Shown: positions 62,259-64,000 of the stretch, in pieces
How positions within the stretch are numbered: position 1 is the first letter of the stretch
How the letters are laid out: the number at the start of each line of letters is the position of its first letter
Origin: an uncultured Candidatus Saccharibacteria bacterium
GTDB taxonomy: Bacteria; Patescibacteriota; CAZHWT01
Direction of reading: 5' to 3'
Assembly (NCBI GenBank): GCA_964597145.1
Contig: CAZQWH010000001.1
Coordinates: forward strand, 102,441 to 166,440
DNA: 64,000 bases
Notes under the pieces: generated by a model
What the model saw: only the letters and a program-made list of their open reading frames with translations
What the model was told of the DNA's origin: nothing
Database searches by the model: none
Translations under genes and position numbers: made by a program

Positions 62259-62489
62259 ATGGCCAATAGCAATAGTATTGAAATTGAGGGAGTAGTGGTT
62301 GAGGCGTTGCCTAACACTATGTTTCGGGTAAAGGTGGATATTGGCGATGGACGAGAACACATTGTGCTAACCACTCTTTCCGGGAAGATGAAGACCCGTT
62401 GGATTCGGGTTTTGCCCGGAGACAAAGTAAAACTAGTAGTTGTTCCGCCCGATTTAACCCAAGGTAGAATTATTTACCGCTTTAGATAA
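62259..62489 (+). CDS. infA: Translation initiation factor IF-1
   Basis: S1-like OB fold, [17 protein letters not shown]. Confidence 0.95.
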   Translation: MANSNSIEIEGVVVEALPNTMFRVKVDIGDGREHIVLTTLSGKMKTRWIRVLPGDKVKLVVVPPDLTQGRIIYRFR

Positions 62490-62512
62490 TGCAAACAAAC
62501 AGGAAATAGAGA

Positions 62513-62626
62513 ATGAAAGTATCTTCTTCTGCCAAAAAACGATGTGAAAGATGTATTATTGTGCGCCGCCGAGGTGTGGTGCGCGTTATTTGTGTCAACC
62601 CTCGCCATAAACAGCGCCAGGGTTAA
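62513..62626 (+). CDS. rpmJ: 50S ribosomal protein L36
   Basis: [37 protein letters not shown]. It is under 60 aa, so it is not in the ORF track. Confidence 0.9.
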   Translation: MKVSSSAKKRCERCIIVRRRGVVRVICVNPRHKQRQG

Positions 62627-62654
62627 TTAATAATCTAAAAACGAAAGTAGTCAT

Positions 62655-63038
62655 ATGCCAAGAATTGCCGGAGTAGATATCCCAAACGATAAAAAGATTG
62701 AATTCAGCTTACGTTATGTCCAAGGTATTGGCGAGACAACAGCCAAAAAGTTGGTTTCTATGGCTCGTATCTCTCCCACAACTAAAGCCAAGGATTTGAG
62801 CGACGAAGATGTGTCCAAAATTAACCAGCTAATCGAGCAGCATTATATTGTTGAAGGCGAGCTCCGTCGGGCCGTTAGCGATAGCGTTAAACGCTTAGTT
62901 GATATTGGCAGTTATCGTGGCACCCGTCACAAAAAGGGGCTACCAGCTCACGGACAACGGACTCGGCATAATGCTCGAACCCGTCGGGGCAAGAAGCAGA
63001 CGGTCGGCGGAATGCGCCGAGTATTACAAAAGACATAA
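62655..63038 (+). CDS. rpsM: 30S ribosomal protein S13
   Basis: MPRIAGVDIP. Confidence 0.95.
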   Translation: MPRIAGVDIPNDKKIEFSLRYVQGIGETTAKKLVSMARISPTTKAKDLSDEDVSKINQLIEQHYIVEGELRRAVSDSVKRLVDIGSYRGTRHKKGLPAHGQRTRHNARTRRGKKQTVGGMRRVLQKT

Positions 63039-63054
63039 GGATATTTAGCTACAT

Positions 63055-63438
63055 ATGGCACCGACAAACCGCAAACGAAAACCAATGCGTCAAGTAGCCT
63101 CAGGTAAGGTATATATCTCGGCTACGTTTAACAATACCATTATTTCAATCACCGATGACCAAGGCAATGTACTGGCTTGGGGATCATCGGGATCGGCTGG
63201 ATTTAAGGGCTCACGAAAATCCACTCCGTTCGCTGCCTCAACCGCGGTGGACCAGGTGACCGCTCGAGTTAAAGACGCCGGTTTGCAAAAGGTAGAAATT
63301 TTCGTCAAAGGCCCCGGAGTGGGTCGCGACGCCGCAATTCGGGCTTTTAAAAATGCAAATATCGAAGTAACGGGGATTACCGATACTACCCCTACCCCAC
63401 ATAATGGGTGCCGGCCACGTAAGCGGAGGAGAGTATAG
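63055..63438 (+). CDS. rpsK: 30S ribosomal protein S11
   Basis: SFNNTIISITD. Confidence 0.95.
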   Translation: MAPTNRKRKPMRQVASGKVYISATFNNTIISITDDQGNVLAWGSSGSAGFKGSRKSTPFAASTAVDQVTARVKDAGLQKVEIFVKGPGVGRDAAIRAFKNANIEVTGITDTTPTPHNGCRPRKRRRV

Positions 63439-63444
63439 AAAGGA

Positions 63445-63570
63445 AATTCGAAGTAAAAAATACGAAATCAGAAACAAATAAGAAATAATAAATTAGAAAT
63501 AGGAAACGTTTTTGTAATTTCGAACTTCTCATTTGTTTAGGATTTATGATTTAAGATTTAGGATTTTATT
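63445..63570. repeat. AT-rich tcgaaat-type repeat module between rpsK and rpsD
   Basis: aattcgaagtaaaaaatacgaaatcagaaacaaat...taatttcgaacttctcatttgtttaggattt, related to 9514, 27865 and 35790. Confidence 0.55.
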
Positions 63571-63576
63571 AAAGTT

Positions 63577-64000
63577 ATGGCAAGATATACTGGACCAAAA
63601 CATAAACAATGTCGCCGCGAAGGCATTAAGCTGTGTGACAGCCCCAAGTGCCCTGTAGAGCGTAAGGGTGCAGTGCCTCCGGGACAGCATGGACTACGCC
63701 GCAGCCGCAAACCCTCTAACTTTGCCATTCAGCTACGTGAAAAGCAAAAAGTAAAGCGCTACTATGGTGTATTAGAGCGACAATTTACCAAGTACTACGA
63801 TTGGGCAACCAAGAGTAAATCCACTGGTTCAGCTTTGTTAGTGTTATTGGAAACTCGTCTCGACCATGTCGTCTACCTACTCGGTTTTGCCCCAACCAAG
63901 CGCATGGCCCGTCAACTCGTTAACCATGGCCATATTTTAGTCAATGGTAAGCGGGTCGATATTCCATCATATAATGTAGCACCTGGTGATGTAATCTCAA
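63577..64000 (+). CDS. rpsD: 30S ribosomal protein S4 (partial, continues beyond the window)
   Basis: [16 protein letters not shown]... Confidence 0.9.
   Translation, partial: MARYTGPKHKQCRREGIKLCDSPKCPVERKGAVPPGQHGLRRSRKPSNFAIQLREKQKVKRYYGVLERQFTKYYDWATKSKSTGSALLVLLETRLDHVVYLLGFAPTKRMARQLVNHGHILVNGKRVDIPSYNVAPGDVIS

Overview
The window is about 48% GC and looks bacterial. Two thirds of it (1-42500) is accessory-like, and the last third (42600-64000) is a conserved str/S10/spc/alpha ribosomal-protein superoperon. The superoperon runs rpsL-rpsG-fusA-tuf-rpsJ-rplC-rplD-rplW-rplB-rpsS-rplV-rpsC-rplP-rpmC-rpsQ-rplN-rplX-rplE-rpsN(Z-type)-rpsH-rplF-rplR-rpsE-rplO-secY-adk-map, then a 3.1 kb insertion, then infA-rpmJ-rpsM-rpsK-rpsD. 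No L30 gene is present: rpsE ends 4 bp before rplO. Together with the many small hypothetical and membrane proteins and the lack of biosynthetic genes, this is compatible with a reduced-genome lineage such as CPR/Patescibacteria, but that is an inference. The accessory part encodes an HD hydrolase, a family-4-like uracil-DNA glycosylase and a REP-associated tyrosine transposase (RAYT) flanked by REP-like hairpins. It also encodes three VOC/glyoxalase proteins, YjbQ, a HAD hydrolase and two NUDIX proteins. Further genes are a divergent NodB deacetylase / processive GT2 pair, a DUF2130-like coiled-coil protein with a PD-(D/E)xK-like motif, a CDF transporter, RecQ, a heterodimeric ABC exporter, an MFS transporter, an M50 protease, a SpoT-like HD hydrolase, a TfoX_N protein, DinB_2, and several PT-linker surface proteins and lipoproteins. 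The most unusual non-coding features are listed here. (1) A mosaic family of intergenic repeat modules at nine or more loci, some carrying different 7-8 bp microsatellites. (2) A 28-32 bp AT-only double palindrome (AATTATATAATT x2) directly upstream of four hypothetical genes, with a half-site before yjbQ. (3) A four-gene hypothetical cassette (small protein, 176-aa protein, HExxH protein, zinc-ribbon protein) inserted between map and infA, bracketed by the repeat modules. (4) A 14-C homopolymer in a hairpin loop upstream of the CDF gene. (5) A recurring CCCCGCC-loop-GGCGGGG-T5 terminator family. No CRISPR array, rRNA gene or convincing tRNA gene was found.
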